DNA of 64,000 nt, taken from a virus. The notes under the pieces were generated by a model. It was given only the letters and a program-made list of their open reading frames with translations, had not been told where the DNA came from and searched no databases. The DNA lies in IMG/VR virus record IMGVR_UViG_3300008267_000265, positions 15,662 through 79,661 of that record, one strand, 5' to 3'. The position numbers were made by a program, and so were the translations under genes. Positions 37,777-48,400 of the stretch are shown one piece after another (the stretch's first letter is position 1; each line of letters opens with the position of its first letter).

Positions 37777-40020
37777 TTATACTATTCTTATTGCTATAAA
37801 GTTTCCGCTTCTATATAACCCTCCTAACGGTACTCCACCTGCTGCGGCTGCAGTATCGTCTGCAAAATTCAAGCTTTGTGATACTTGTGTTAGTATTACC
37901 ATGCCGTGATTGAATCTAGCAGATCCCGATACATCTAATGATGCGCTTGGTGATACAATATTAATACCAACTCTACCGCCTGCTGATCCTGAGGATACAG
38001 TTGAGGTATTTGAATAGGACCCAGTTGCAAAGATCACACCTCCTATGTTGATGGAGTTTCTAGATCCGCTTGGTAGGCTGATGTGGTTTCCAATTATAAT
38101 GTTATTACTTCCTACTGTACGAATGGAATCTGTTGTTGAACCTGCTTGATATCCTATTGCAATGTTATATGATGCGCTAGCTGCATAATAACCAGCAAAT
38201 GTTCCTAAAAATACTGATCGAGATGCGAAGGTTGCATTGTTGCCTGCACCGTATCCGACAGCTGTTGTATTATCTGCTCCTGCAGCTTGTGTACCAGCAG
38301 AGTCCCCTACGAATGTTGAGAAGGATGCACTAAATGCTTGGAGGCCTGTATTTGTTCCTATGAAAACCGAGTTGTTTGCATTGGTTGCACCGTTTCCTGT
38401 GTTACCTCCTATAAAGCTTGAATTATACGAATTCGCTGCATCATTCCCTGCACTACTTCCTATAAAGTTTGAATTGTATGCGTTCGTTGCTTGACCGCCT
38501 GCATTACTTCCTATGAAGTTTGAATTAGATGCGCTGTAAGCGGATATACCAGCAGCATATCCTATAAAGTTTGAGTAATACGCATTTACTGCACTCTGGC
38601 CTGTCTGACGTCCAATAAAATTTGAATGTGATGCGTTCGTTGCACTTCTACCTACATCGCTACCTATAAAGTTGGAGTATGATGCACTTGTTGCTTGTAA
38701 GCCGGTGGAATCTCCTATAAAGTTAGAATAAAATGCATTTGTCGATCCTGATCCAGCAGTTATTCCTATAAAATTAGAACCGCTGGCATTTGTTGCACCA
38801 TACCCTGCATTAAATCCTAGGAAGTTTGATAGGATTGCACTCACTGCTTGATATCCTGCATTTGTTCCTATGAAGCTCGAGCTGGCTGCGTTTGTTGCTT
38901 GAAAGCCTGCACTATTTCCTATAAAATTCGAGTTTGAGGCGCTTACTACTGATTGTGCTGCGTTTCGTCCTAAAAATATACCGTTTTGTGTATTTTGAGT
39001 TGAGAAAGTAGTTATCGATACCGGTGCTGTTGTGTATATTGTACTACCTGTTACATTTATCGGATATGATGATGTTGTAGCAGTTGCTGTAGTTAGTGCA
39101 TACGATGAGCTTACCGAATATGAACTAGTCAAAGCATATGATGAGCTTACCGAATATGAGCTAGTCAAAGCGTACGATGAGCTTACCGAATATGAACTCG
39201 TTAGAGCGTATGAACTACTTAAAGCTGGATTTGTCGATGTGAATATTGAGCCAGTTACATAGCTAGCTGTGCCAAATAAAGATCCAGTTATTCCTTGGCT
39301 TACACTCAGCGATCCTGATATTACAGCTCCGCTGCCAGATACAAGTAAACTGCCTGAAATGACTGCATCACCTGTGTAAGGAAAGGTTGGTGCTGCCACA
39401 AAAGCTGATGATGCTGTGTAGTAGACGTCTCCTGTCGTTTCGTCGTACACCAGTACATTATTAGCACCCGCGTTATCTAGATATCTAAAATTAACAGACC
39501 CGGTTACGCGTAGTGATCCGGTAAATTCATGTGTATTTGTTAGGAGGCTACCAAATCTTGATGAGCCTGTTACGTAGTCTACGCTCGATGTTACAAACTG
39601 TGTAAAGAGTGTAACTGTCGTTAGAGTACCGTTAATTAAGGCACTTGATGCTGTTATTGGTCCGTTTACATTTAGCGATCCAGTTATAGTAGCACCACTT
39701 CCTGATAGTCGTAGACTGCCTGTAATTACTGTATCTCTTAACCTTGTTGTTCCGTCTACATTTAGTGATCCAGTTATGGTAACACCGCTTCCCGATACTA
39801 ATAAACTACCTGATATTACAGCATTTCCTACGTAGGGAAAAGTAGATATTCCACTACTATTTAGAGCATAGGACGCTGTAAATGCGTAACTACTGCTCAA
39901 TACAGTCATTGAGCTCGTTTGAGCACTTGATATAAACGAGGATGATAGGTATAAAAAGTTATCATCCAGCTCCTGGTATGTGAGTGGTAATCCTTTGGTA
40001 AGTCTGAGTGTTAATGCCAT
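37777..40020 (-). CDS. Tail fibre/adhesin with SNFIG repeats (paralogue of 35330..37765)
   Basis: MALTLRLTKGLPLTYQELDDNF anchor; about 20 SNFIG repeats; C-terminal DDTAAAAGGVPLGGLYR motif. Confidence 0.7.
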   Translation of the reverse strand: MALTLRLTKGLPLTYQELDDNFLYLSSSFISSAQTSSMTVLSSSYAFTASYALNSSGISTFPYVGNAVISGSLLVSGSGVTITGSLNVDGTTRLRDTVITGSLRLSGSGATITGSLNVNGPITASSALINGTLTTVTLFTQFVTSSVDYVTGSSRFGSLLTNTHEFTGSLRVTGSVNFRYLDNAGANNVLVYDETTGDVYYTASSAFVAAPTFPYTGDAVISGSLLVSGSGAVISGSLSVSQGITGSLFGTASYVTGSIFTSTNPALSSSYALTSSYSVSSSYALTSSYSVSSSYALTSSYSVSSSYALTTATATTSSYPINVTGSTIYTTAPVSITTFSTQNTQNGIFLGRNAAQSVVSASNSNFIGNSAGFQATNAASSSFIGTNAGYQAVSAILSNFLGFNAGYGATNASGSNFIGITAGSGSTNAFYSNFIGDSTGLQATSASYSNFIGSDVGRSATNASHSNFIGRQTGQSAVNAYYSNFIGYAAGISAYSASNSNFIGSNAGGQATNAYNSNFIGSSAGNDAANSYNSSFIGGNTGNGATNANNSVFIGTNTGLQAFSASFSTFVGDSAGTQAAGADNTTAVGYGAGNNATFASRSVFLGTFAGYYAASASYNIAIGYQAGSTTDSIRTVGSNNIIIGNHISLPSGSRNSINIGGVIFATGSYSNTSTVSSGSAGGRVGINIVSPSASLDVSGSARFNHGMVILTQVSQSLNFADDTAAAAGGVPLGGLYRSGNFIAIRIV
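39104..39213. repeat. Three tandem 36-bp coding repeats
   Basis: gatgagcttaccgaatatga.. at 39104, 39140 and 39176; encodes YALTSSYSVSSS x3. Confidence 0.85.
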
Positions 40021-40061
40021 TTTTTGTAGTTTCTTCCTATATAAATATCACAACTACCTTA

Positions 40062-41891
40062 TTATAATTGTCCACCATCAATTAGATTCCAAGTAGCATC
40101 AGCTATTATGTTGTTTCTAGCTGTTGCTGCTGATGATGGATATTGGATTGTTCCAAAGTTTACAGTCAGGTCTGGTTGTAGTTCTATTAATGACCAACTA
40201 TTCAATATATCACCGTAATTAACTGCTGAGTAATTAGCTGATGTTTTACCAGCCATGAAGTTGATAAAGTTTCTAACGTTTGTAACATTCCAATTATTGA
40301 TTGGTTGGTTGAAATTAGTAGCGTTTTGGAACATAGACTCCATGTTTGTAACAAATGCTACTTCCCATATAGCTGTGTTAGGGGTTGTATTGATTGGTTG
40401 ATTGAAGCTAGTAGCATTCTTAAACATATAGCTCATGTTAGTTACTCTCAATGTATTCCAAGTTGATATACTATAGTTGAAAGCAGTTGCGTCTTCAAAC
40501 ATATGCGACATGTCAGTAACCAGCTCAGTATTCCACGTTGATAACGGTCTGTTAAATACAGTTGCACCGTTAAACATGTAAGACATATCTGTTACTTTAG
40601 CTACGTTCCATGCTCCTACCGGACTATTGTATAAAGGCGTATCTTGGAACATAGCTTTCATTGTAGTAACATTGTTAGTATACCAAGTTGCTACATCACC
40701 TAGGACAGCTCCAAAATTTGCTGCACCGCTAAACATATAAGACATGTCTGTTACATCGGTTGTAGTCCAGCTTGTCAAATCTTGATCAAACGAAGCTGCT
40801 GCACTGAACATACCTGACATGTTTGTTACATTGCTCACATTCCAATTGCCAATGCTTTGATTAAAGAGACTAGCTCCTCTAAACATATCGCTCATATTTG
40901 TCACGTTTGCTAGCGTCGATCCAACTCTCTCCCAATTAGATAGTGCTCTGTTAAAGGAGCTAGCACCTTGGAACATCCCTGCCATGTTTTGAACATTTGT
41001 GACATTCCAGTTTGGTAGTATTGTGTTAAATGTAGTAGCGAACGCAAACATGTATGACATATCTCTAACAAGACTGGTATCCCAGCTGTTAAGGATTTGA
41101 TTGAATACCATTGCGTTGTAGAACATATATGACATGTCTTTAACCCTACTCGTATTCCAGCCACTAACATCGTCGTCAAACTGTTCACAGTTCTTGAACA
41201 TACTTGCCATGTTTGTCACTCTAATTGTATTCCAACTAGTAATATTAGCAATTGTTGTGAGACTTATGCAGTCCTCAAACATTCCACTCAAGTTCGTTGT
41301 ATTCCCTAAAATAAGTGTGTCCGTTACTGCTGATAAATCTAGATTGGTACACCCTTTAAAGTAATTTCCATCATTTCCTAATCTAAGTGGTCCCCACTCT
41401 AGTATACTTGTTAATTTTCTCTCACTAACGCTTATGTTCCAGCCAATACCATTAATTACTCCGTAAATTTGAACAGTGTATGTGCCCGCTACCACGTATG
41501 TATGAAAGGCGTCCGTATCATTCCAAGTTGTCACATTTACGACTGGGCTTCCGTCGCCCCAATCAACGTAAAAGTCATATGTACCGTTGCTTGTAAGTGG
41601 TAAGCTAATTTGTTCGTAAGGGACCGTTGTTGTCCACGTACTTCTGAAATACTGTATAGGTATTGGTATGTCTTGGTAGTTATCACATGTTGCATTTGTT
41701 GATTGAACTCTAACTGAGACAGCACTTCTTGGTACTTGTACTGTAAAACCACTACCTAAAAAACCACTTGGTGGTACACCTATTGCTAGTAGCATTAGAT
41801 TTCCATTTGCATCCACGGAATATACGTCGAACGGTCCTGTTCCAAGACCATTGGCTGTTAATTGTACTTGTACTGTATAATACTGTGCCAT
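40062..41891 (-). CDS. DUF285 / BspA-like repeat surface protein with PKD-like domain
   Basis: About 13 repeats W[ND][TV]..V.[ND]M..MF..A..FN..; VDWGDG...HTY...GTYTV motif. Confidence 0.85.
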   Translation of the reverse strand: MAQYYTVQVQLTANGLGTGPFDVYSVDANGNLMLLAIGVPPSGFLGSGFTVQVPRSAVSVRVQSTNATCDNYQDIPIPIQYFRSTWTTTVPYEQISLPLTSNGTYDFYVDWGDGSPVVNVTTWNDTDAFHTYVVAGTYTVQIYGVINGIGWNISVSERKLTSILEWGPLRLGNDGNYFKGCTNLDLSAVTDTLILGNTTNLSGMFEDCISLTTIANITSWNTIRVTNMASMFKNCEQFDDDVSGWNTSRVKDMSYMFYNAMVFNQILNSWDTSLVRDMSYMFAFATTFNTILPNWNVTNVQNMAGMFQGASSFNRALSNWERVGSTLANVTNMSDMFRGASLFNQSIGNWNVSNVTNMSGMFSAAASFDQDLTSWTTTDVTDMSYMFSGAANFGAVLGDVATWYTNNVTTMKAMFQDTPLYNSPVGAWNVAKVTDMSYMFNGATVFNRPLSTWNTELVTDMSHMFEDATAFNYSISTWNTLRVTNMSYMFKNATSFNQPINTTPNTAIWEVAFVTNMESMFQNATNFNQPINNWNVTNVRNFINFMAGKTSANYSAVNYGDILNSWSLIELQPDLTVNFGTIQYPSSAATARNNIIADATWNLIDGGQL

Positions 41892-41911
41892 TTAGAGTTT
41901 AATTAGTTTTA

Positions 41912-43651
41912 TTAACAGACGATATCAACAAAGCCTTGACTTGGACATGGGTGACTACCTTGAACACCTGCTCTTTCAGCATTGTATGTTGGTCCAGTAG
42001 CTCCCCCCTCTAGTTGAGCTAATCCAAAGCTAGTACATACAAATGGCTCTGTAATAGGTGTAGTAGATCTCACTATAAACTGATCTCCATATGATTCACA
42101 GTTCTCTGAGTCGAATTGCCTTGCGTTATAATAATAATATAGTATGCCACTAGTAGTCGTTGTAGTTGTTGTACTTGTCGTAGTTGTTGTTGTACCGGTT
42201 GGGCATGGTCCTTGTGGTGTTGCTGAACCGAAGCCACTTAATCTTACTACGGTTCCTGTTCTAGCACAAACAAATTTAGGAGATGCTGTAGAATTGACAG
42301 TTATAGGTAGTAGGTCGTTTTTATCACAATCTCTGTACTGGAAGGTTGTCTGTGCGAACGGTGATGCTAATCTATAGTAGGTACATGTCACTGCTGCAGT
42401 AGTCGTTGTAGTCGTTGTACTTGTTGTTGTTGTTGTTGTAGTTGGCGGTGCAGTAGTCGTTGTAGTTGTTGTACTTGTTGTTGTTGTCGTTGTTGTAGTT
42501 GGTACTATAACACTACCTGCTAAGAAACAATCTGCTATACAGCCTATTCCCGATAATAGACTAACGTTAAATAGTATTGGATCGTAATTTATTTCGTTGT
42601 TGCAAACGCAGACTTCTATTTGATTATCATCATTCGTTAATTGGACCGTTTCTGTATTGCCCGTACTACACGCAGTGTATGTAAATGTTGCTGCAGTAGG
42701 TCCTAGATACTGTACGTAATATGTTCTACATATACACGGATCAGGTGTCACTGTAATAGTTACTCTACCACGATTACTTGTTAGTAGGCAGCCCTCGTTG
42801 AAAGTACTATCTACAGTATAATCTACTGTGTAAGTTCCAATTGTTGTTGAATTGAGTGTGATAGTGCCATCTAAATTGTTCGTAAATAACGGTGCATTAC
42901 TTCCATATAGTACTACTGAGGATGGTACTATTGTGCCACTCCCTGCTATATCGTTTGCTATAACGTTAATTGTTTTTGGAACAGTTGATTTTGCATATGT
43001 TCCAAAATCTGGTATTGCAGTCGGTGCTATAGGGAATACATTCTGATAATTAGGGTTTGTTATTACTGCAAATCCTTGTTTATATAAGACATTACCTACG
43101 TGCGTTACTGGACCGTATACATACCAATCTGTAAATTCAGGTACGTAGGCTTGCTGTATAACGTATGGAAGTGCTGATATATCCAACAAGTTACCGTTTC
43201 CATCGTCTACAATAACACCCAGTGATGAGCTAGCCCAGAAGCCGTATCTTGAGATTTGTTGACCGAATACGTTTCTAGGGATTGATATTGCAATAATGCT
43301 ATCTCCTGATCCTGTTGGAAAATTTCTTATATCTGCATCCTCTGTTCCGAATGCTGCTGACGATTGTAGTGAATTATCAAAGCTGGATGTGGTGGTTAGA
43401 TAGGAGCCTGATAGTTGTGCGGTAGTTACTGACCCAGTGAGGTAGTTTGAATAAAAAAGTTGCCTGATTGATCTGTAAATCAGCGTCTCTTCAGGCACTG
43501 ACCCTGTTACTGTCACAGCTCCATTAACTCCTTTGTAAACCGCTATACCTACTCCAGGTGCTGTATTGCAGTCGTATGAAGAAGTATACTTTAGTTTAAT
43601 TGGAGTAGTTATAACATCTGATACCCTAAGGCTATTTGACGATCTACTCAT
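41912..43651 (-). CDS. Baseplate/tail protein N-module plus Ig-like, Cys-rich and poly-Thr segments
   Basis: YRSIRQLFYSNY, VDDGNGNL, VGNVLY..G..VIT; three poly-Thr tracts; Cys pairs. Confidence 0.65.
   Translation of the reverse strand: MSRSSNSLRVSDVITTPIKLKYTSSYDCNTAPGVGIAVYKGVNGAVTVTGSVPEETLIYRSIRQLFYSNYLTGSVTTAQLSGSYLTTTSSFDNSLQSSAAFGTEDADIRNFPTGSGDSIIAISIPRNVFGQQISRYGFWASSSLGVIVDDGNGNLLDISALPYVIQQAYVPEFTDWYVYGPVTHVGNVLYKQGFAVITNPNYQNVFPIAPTAIPDFGTYAKSTVPKTINVIANDIAGSGTIVPSSVVLYGSNAPLFTNNLDGTITLNSTTIGTYTVDYTVDSTFNEGCLLTSNRGRVTITVTPDPCICRTYYVQYLGPTAATFTYTACSTGNTETVQLTNDDNQIEVCVCNNEINYDPILFNVSLLSGIGCIADCFLAGSVIVPTTTTTTTTSTTTTTTTAPPTTTTTTTSTTTTTTTAAVTCTYYRLASPFAQTTFQYRDCDKNDLLPITVNSTASPKFVCARTGTVVRLSGFGSATPQGPCPTGTTTTTTSTTTTTTTSGILYYYYNARQFDSENCESYGDQFIVRSTTPITEPFVCTSFGLAQLEGGATGPTYNAERAGVQGSHPCPSQGFVDIVC
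42151..42501. repeat. Low-complexity poly-Thr coding tracts (gtt/gta/gtc)n
   Basis: Three T7-8-S-T7 tracts within 41912..43651. Confidence 0.9.
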
Positions 43652-43663
43652 TATATTTTTTTA

Positions 43664-44749
43664 TTACCAGTCTAACTTAACTCTGATTAAAGCTTCTTTT
43701 GTGAAATCCTTAACTAAAGGTTTAGATAATTTTGCTACTGCTAGTAGCTCTGTGTTATCATTATACATACCTATAGTTGTAATATATGTCTGTGGACTGA
43801 ATACCATTGTATCAAACAATACGTTACCTGATCCTGAAGTGAAGCTTGGGTTTGATGAGTAATTATAGTCTCCGTTTGCCACTCTTACAAATACGTAATC
43901 TGATGAAATAGTTTCTTCCGAGTTCAGTTGAAAGTATCCAGCAGTATTTAACGCATTATATAGTACTGTGTTATTTGTTGAGGTATATGATGCTGATGCG
44001 TTGAACGAAACTACTCCGTAATTTCTAGTATCGTTTTGGAAGGCGATTCCTCCTGATACTGCTGATAATTTAAGAGCACCTACGTTAAGAATAATTGTAC
44101 CTATGTCAGGTAAGAACAAGCCATATGATCCAGACGCTGTGTAGCCTGGAGCTATTTGATTAGCTGCGGCTGTTGCTGCAGCGTTTCCGTAGGAACCTGA
44201 TACTATATTGAAAACTCTACCACAGTCTAAGTAGCTTACTACTGTTGTATCTCTACTATCATCACATAGTTGTATCTTTGTTCCGGTTGGACCTGTAAGT
44301 TGTAAGTTAAAAGTTCCTGGGAATAGGCTGCCTTTATATCTATTTCTTTCGACGTTAAGTGCATAGATCTCAGGAGCTTGTGTAGATGCACCACCAAAAT
44401 TAAAGCCTTGAGAGCCTGATAACTCAGGTCCGTATATCAAGGTTTTATACTGCTTATAAGTTGATAAAGACGGTGACACTCCCGGTACTAGTTGATTATA
44501 TAGGATCGATCCAGACCCGTTAATATTACCGTAAGCAATTGCGAATTGTACGGCTGATCCGTTAGTTCCTATTGGTAATTGGTATACGTTTAAGTAGAAG
44601 GCTCCGGCTGTAATGGTTGTACTTGGTAGCGGAGGTGCTACATTAAAATTACCAGGAGTTAGTACTGTAAGGTTAGTACTCCAGGCAGGAGCTGTTACAG
44701 AATCAGAGCTTATTACAAAGTCTGTTGGAGCGAATCTTGTAAATGACAT
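43664..44749 (-). CDS. Baseplate/tail structural protein
   Basis: RNRYK..L.PG, NYSSNPSF, PQTYITTIGMYND..ELLAVAKLSKPL.K. Confidence 0.65.
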   Translation of the reverse strand: MSFTRFAPTDFVISSDSVTAPAWSTNLTVLTPGNFNVAPPLPSTTITAGAFYLNVYQLPIGTNGSAVQFAIAYGNINGSGSILYNQLVPGVSPSLSTYKQYKTLIYGPELSGSQGFNFGGASTQAPEIYALNVERNRYKGSLFPGTFNLQLTGPTGTKIQLCDDSRDTTVVSYLDCGRVFNIVSGSYGNAAATAAANQIAPGYTASGSYGLFLPDIGTIILNVGALKLSAVSGGIAFQNDTRNYGVVSFNASASYTSTNNTVLYNALNTAGYFQLNSEETISSDYVFVRVANGDYNYSSNPSFTSGSGNVLFDTMVFSPQTYITTIGMYNDNTELLAVAKLSKPLVKDFTKEALIRVKLDW

Positions 44750-44763
44750 ATTATATTATATTA

Positions 44764-45420
44764 TTATGATCTTGTTATTTGAACTGGGATAAATAATCTT
44801 GCACCTGAATCGCGGCCGACAATTGTCAAGGTCGTGTATAAGGTTGTATTGGAGCCGAATAAAGTATTCACAGTCGTTGCTGTAATGTTAATACTTGTAC
44901 CAATCACCGTCTTAGATACTTCTGTTCCAACTGTTTGAGTAGCGGCATTCAAGGTTGTTGCCTGAGCTGTGTTGATACCAACTCCGTTAAATGCTGCAGT
45001 TGTTCTCACATCTCCAATTGTTGCAACATATCCTGATTGCTCGAAGGTCGAAGTTGCACCTAGGTAATTAAGAGTTTGTGGTGTTATTGTAGTTGAGCCA
45101 CCTTGTGGTAAAATGATTGACGGTCTACCTGCAGTAATTACAGGCAACTTAGCTGTTCCTCTCGGTAATGTGATTAGCTTGTACTTCATAATCTCATTTG
45201 ACTGAGGGAATGCTTGTACAATTGGCATATTCTCAATAGCTTCTCCGTAGAACGCTGATCCGGATGGATGGTTTGGATTATACAAAGTGTAATCAACTTC
45301 GTCATCCGATAGTGAAAATTGTGTAATTTGAAATGAACCGTTATTCTGTGCTAGTAGTTCTCGACCTTTGTCAGTCAATATAGCATCTACAACAACCGAT
45401 GTGTTACTTAAATATCCCAT
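44764..45420 (-). CDS. Baseplate-associated structural protein
   Basis: MGYL.N....VDAILT.KGRELLA...F.ITQF.L.DDEVDY.LY, MKYKL.TLP. Confidence 0.65.
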   Translation of the reverse strand: MGYLSNTSVVVDAILTDKGRELLAQNNGSFQITQFSLSDDEVDYTLYNPNHPSGSAFYGEAIENMPIVQAFPQSNEIMKYKLITLPRGTAKLPVITAGRPSIILPQGGSTTITPQTLNYLGATSTFEQSGYVATIGDVRTTAAFNGVGINTAQATTLNAATQTVGTEVSKTVIGTSINITATTVNTLFGSNTTLYTTLTIVGRDSGARLFIPVQITRS

Positions 45421-45477
45421 GTTTTAATTGTTTTTCTTCTTATAAATATATGGTTTAGTCAAAAGTTCTATTATTTA

Positions 45478-48400
45478 CTACCCTGGTGTATTTTGATTTT
45501 CCAATAATTGTGATTGTATCGCAGATTGCAGTGTATTAATTTGAGCTGTTACAGTCGGGTTCGTTTGATCTGGTATTAGGAATCCGTACGATGTTGCTCC
45601 TGTTTGTTTGTTAAAAGTCAATACTATGTTTTGTTCGTCTTTATATTTTCTTAAAATTAGAACTCTTGTGATTAGAGATGGATCATTTACCCAATTTGTT
45701 ACGACATTAGGTACAACATCTACTACCATTGATCTTGGCGATGTTGGCGATGTTTGCTGTATTTGTGACGAGAGTACCTCATATGTCTGAGTTGTACCGT
45801 TGTCGTCCTGTAATACCATCGTATCACCTGCTATTGGAGCCATTTGTGAGTTCACATCCCCATACTGCGTGTATAAGCTGCTTGAATAAATCGTTGATCC
45901 TGATTCAAAATAAGGAACAAATTCATAATCAGTATACTGCGATATGGAGTTGTTAAATGTAATAGATGCTTCTGCTGTTGTCGTATTTATGATACTGGTT
46001 ATAAAACCTGATCCTGCTGATGCAGATGCATACGTTGTGCCACCTCCTGCTGTTATAGCTGTAAGTAAACTATTCTGGCCTGGTGCTACAGATGCTGTGT
46101 ATCTGGATGTTGATGGTATAAACCGATACTTAAATTCAACGTAATCAGACGGCTCTAATCGTATAGGTGTACTCGTTTGATCGAATGTTAGAGTTTTGAA
46201 TAATCCTGGGTTTGTAACACCTTGCAGGGTGTCATGAACAAAATATGGATTGATTGGTGACGGTTGCTCATTCCATAGTGGTAAATTTCTAGCAAATATT
46301 GGATTATTTAAGTCTGAACTTCTTCTTACAATTCCAGGCTGAACGATAGTTTGAAAGCCGGTGGAAGTTCTAGCTATTAGCGTATAATTTTGTAGCTCTA
46401 TCCACGATCCTGGAGTTCCCATTGACTGTCCTAACAATGTCTGAGTAGCGTTCTGTATGTATGGACTTTTCCGATATGTAGTGAAAGGTCCAGCTAGGAA
46501 AGTCACTGGGCCAGATGGTGCAGCTACTATAGCGTTTGTTTGGTTCTGGGTACTACCATACCATAAAAATAATACGGTTGGTACTGGTGGATCTTGCGTA
46601 GCAGTTACTATACTACTCGTAGTGTAGTAGTTAGAGCCACCGTTCTTTGCTAGTTGCCACTGCAACTGTGCTGTTTGACCAACATTAGTAAACTGTACCG
46701 ATATTAGAAGCTTTGTTCTAAAACTTTTAATTGCTGCTTGAGATGCTGTAAATTTTGGAAATGCTGGAGCTGTTTTGCTTCCCGTCTCGTAGCCTGTTCC
46801 AGAATCGAATGCTCCAAAGAAATTGTATACTATATTATTTGGACCTGTTGGTTTGTAAAAAGGTGTTGGAACACCTGATATATAAGAGTTATCTTCCGGG
46901 AATGGTGCAGGAATTGGACTGTTAGTTGCTACGAAAGTATCTGATTCCCCCTCACCAGCATACTGAAAATATAAATCAGTATCCGTAGATGTATTGTAGT
47001 ATAGTCTCGGCGTATACGAATACCCACTATTAAAGACTCTTTTTACACCGTCCGTTGATGATTGGTTGCCATACTTTTGACTATCGAACTGCTTAATTGT
47101 TAGCGTTGTTCCTGCTATAAATGTGTTTTGTACATCCTGCCAATTCTTATTATTTTGATTCAATTCTAACAATCCGCCTGATACATCTGCCAAGTATGCC
47201 ATCTTAGCATTTACTTTACCTGGTAGGAATGAGCTTGTTTCTATCTGAGTAAAGAATCCTAACTTATTGGTATAGTGGTTTATTACAGGCTCGTTTCCGT
47301 ATGATAAGTCGCCGTTAGTGTATACGTTGTATCTCCTGCCTATCAATGTCGATCCGCTATATCTTGCATTTATCGAGGATTGTAAGTAATAGTTGAAGTC
47401 TTGTAGCTGTGCATATTGTGAGTACGGTTGTTGACTCTGTATAACCGATCCTGTCAAAGCAGTTTCCTCTAGTGACTTTGTTATTAGTCCGTAGTTAACT
47501 GGAGTAGCTTGTGATCCATTGTAGTCTAGATCTAAAAATCTTTGCGATAGTATTGCTCCCGATACATTCTCAAATAACGGACTCACTGAGTAGGTTGTGA
47601 ACATTATTTGCGACCTACCTCGAATAGATGATGTTGGTGGATTACTGTACGTTGATGTTTCTTGTTGATCGAAGGGTTGCTCGACCATTAAGATACTACT
47701 ACCACTAAGCTCTCCGTTATACTGCTGTACGTTATCAGTTGATGCTACGTAGACTGTTCCAGGAGCTAGTGCTAGTGGAGCAGATGCTGTGTAATTATAT
47801 TGTACTGGGATTGCTTGAATATATCCTGTTGATGTTGTTATACATCCTCCTCCTGAGCCCGATACGATCACCATTTGATAGTACCCCTCATTGGAGCTCG
47901 TTATGTACGTAGGCTCGTGTCTTGGGTACTTATTTCTTTCAAGTAAATGCGATTTGATTATAATACCGGTTGCTGCGCTTGATCTTGCAGGTACCCAATC
48001 TCTTAGCATTTTGAAAAGAGAGTTGTTATAGTATTTAATCAATCTAATAAAATCCCAAACATTGTATCTACTTGTGTAATTTGCAGCAAAGTACGCATCT
48101 TTTAAGTTCTCTAATGGCGTATAGGAGCTTGAATACTGTAGTTGCGGATCACCTATCAGCTGCATTATGTTGAAATAACCTGGCTGGGCTGATGATGTTA
48201 TCATTCCAGATGAGGTTATTGCTGCGTTAATGGAATCGGCAGGTGAGAAACCTATTTCGAGATCAATAGAGCTCTTCATTAAATTATTCTGATAAAGCTG
48301 TATTGTTGTGTTGGTAGTTAGTAGATCCGACTTTATTTGTGGCGTGAAACTACTAGTTAGTATCTTTGTGCGTGTTAGTTCTTGTATTCCTGGTACTAGT

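Noticed and set aside
36822-38075. Diversity-generating retroelement TR/VR pair
   Set aside because: Only one mismatch, both copies are internal coding sequence, and no reverse transcriptase is in the window.
39104-39213. 36-bp periodic repeat as a CRISPR array
   Set aside because: No unique spacers; it is an in-frame 12-aa coding tandem repeat, and no cas genes are present.
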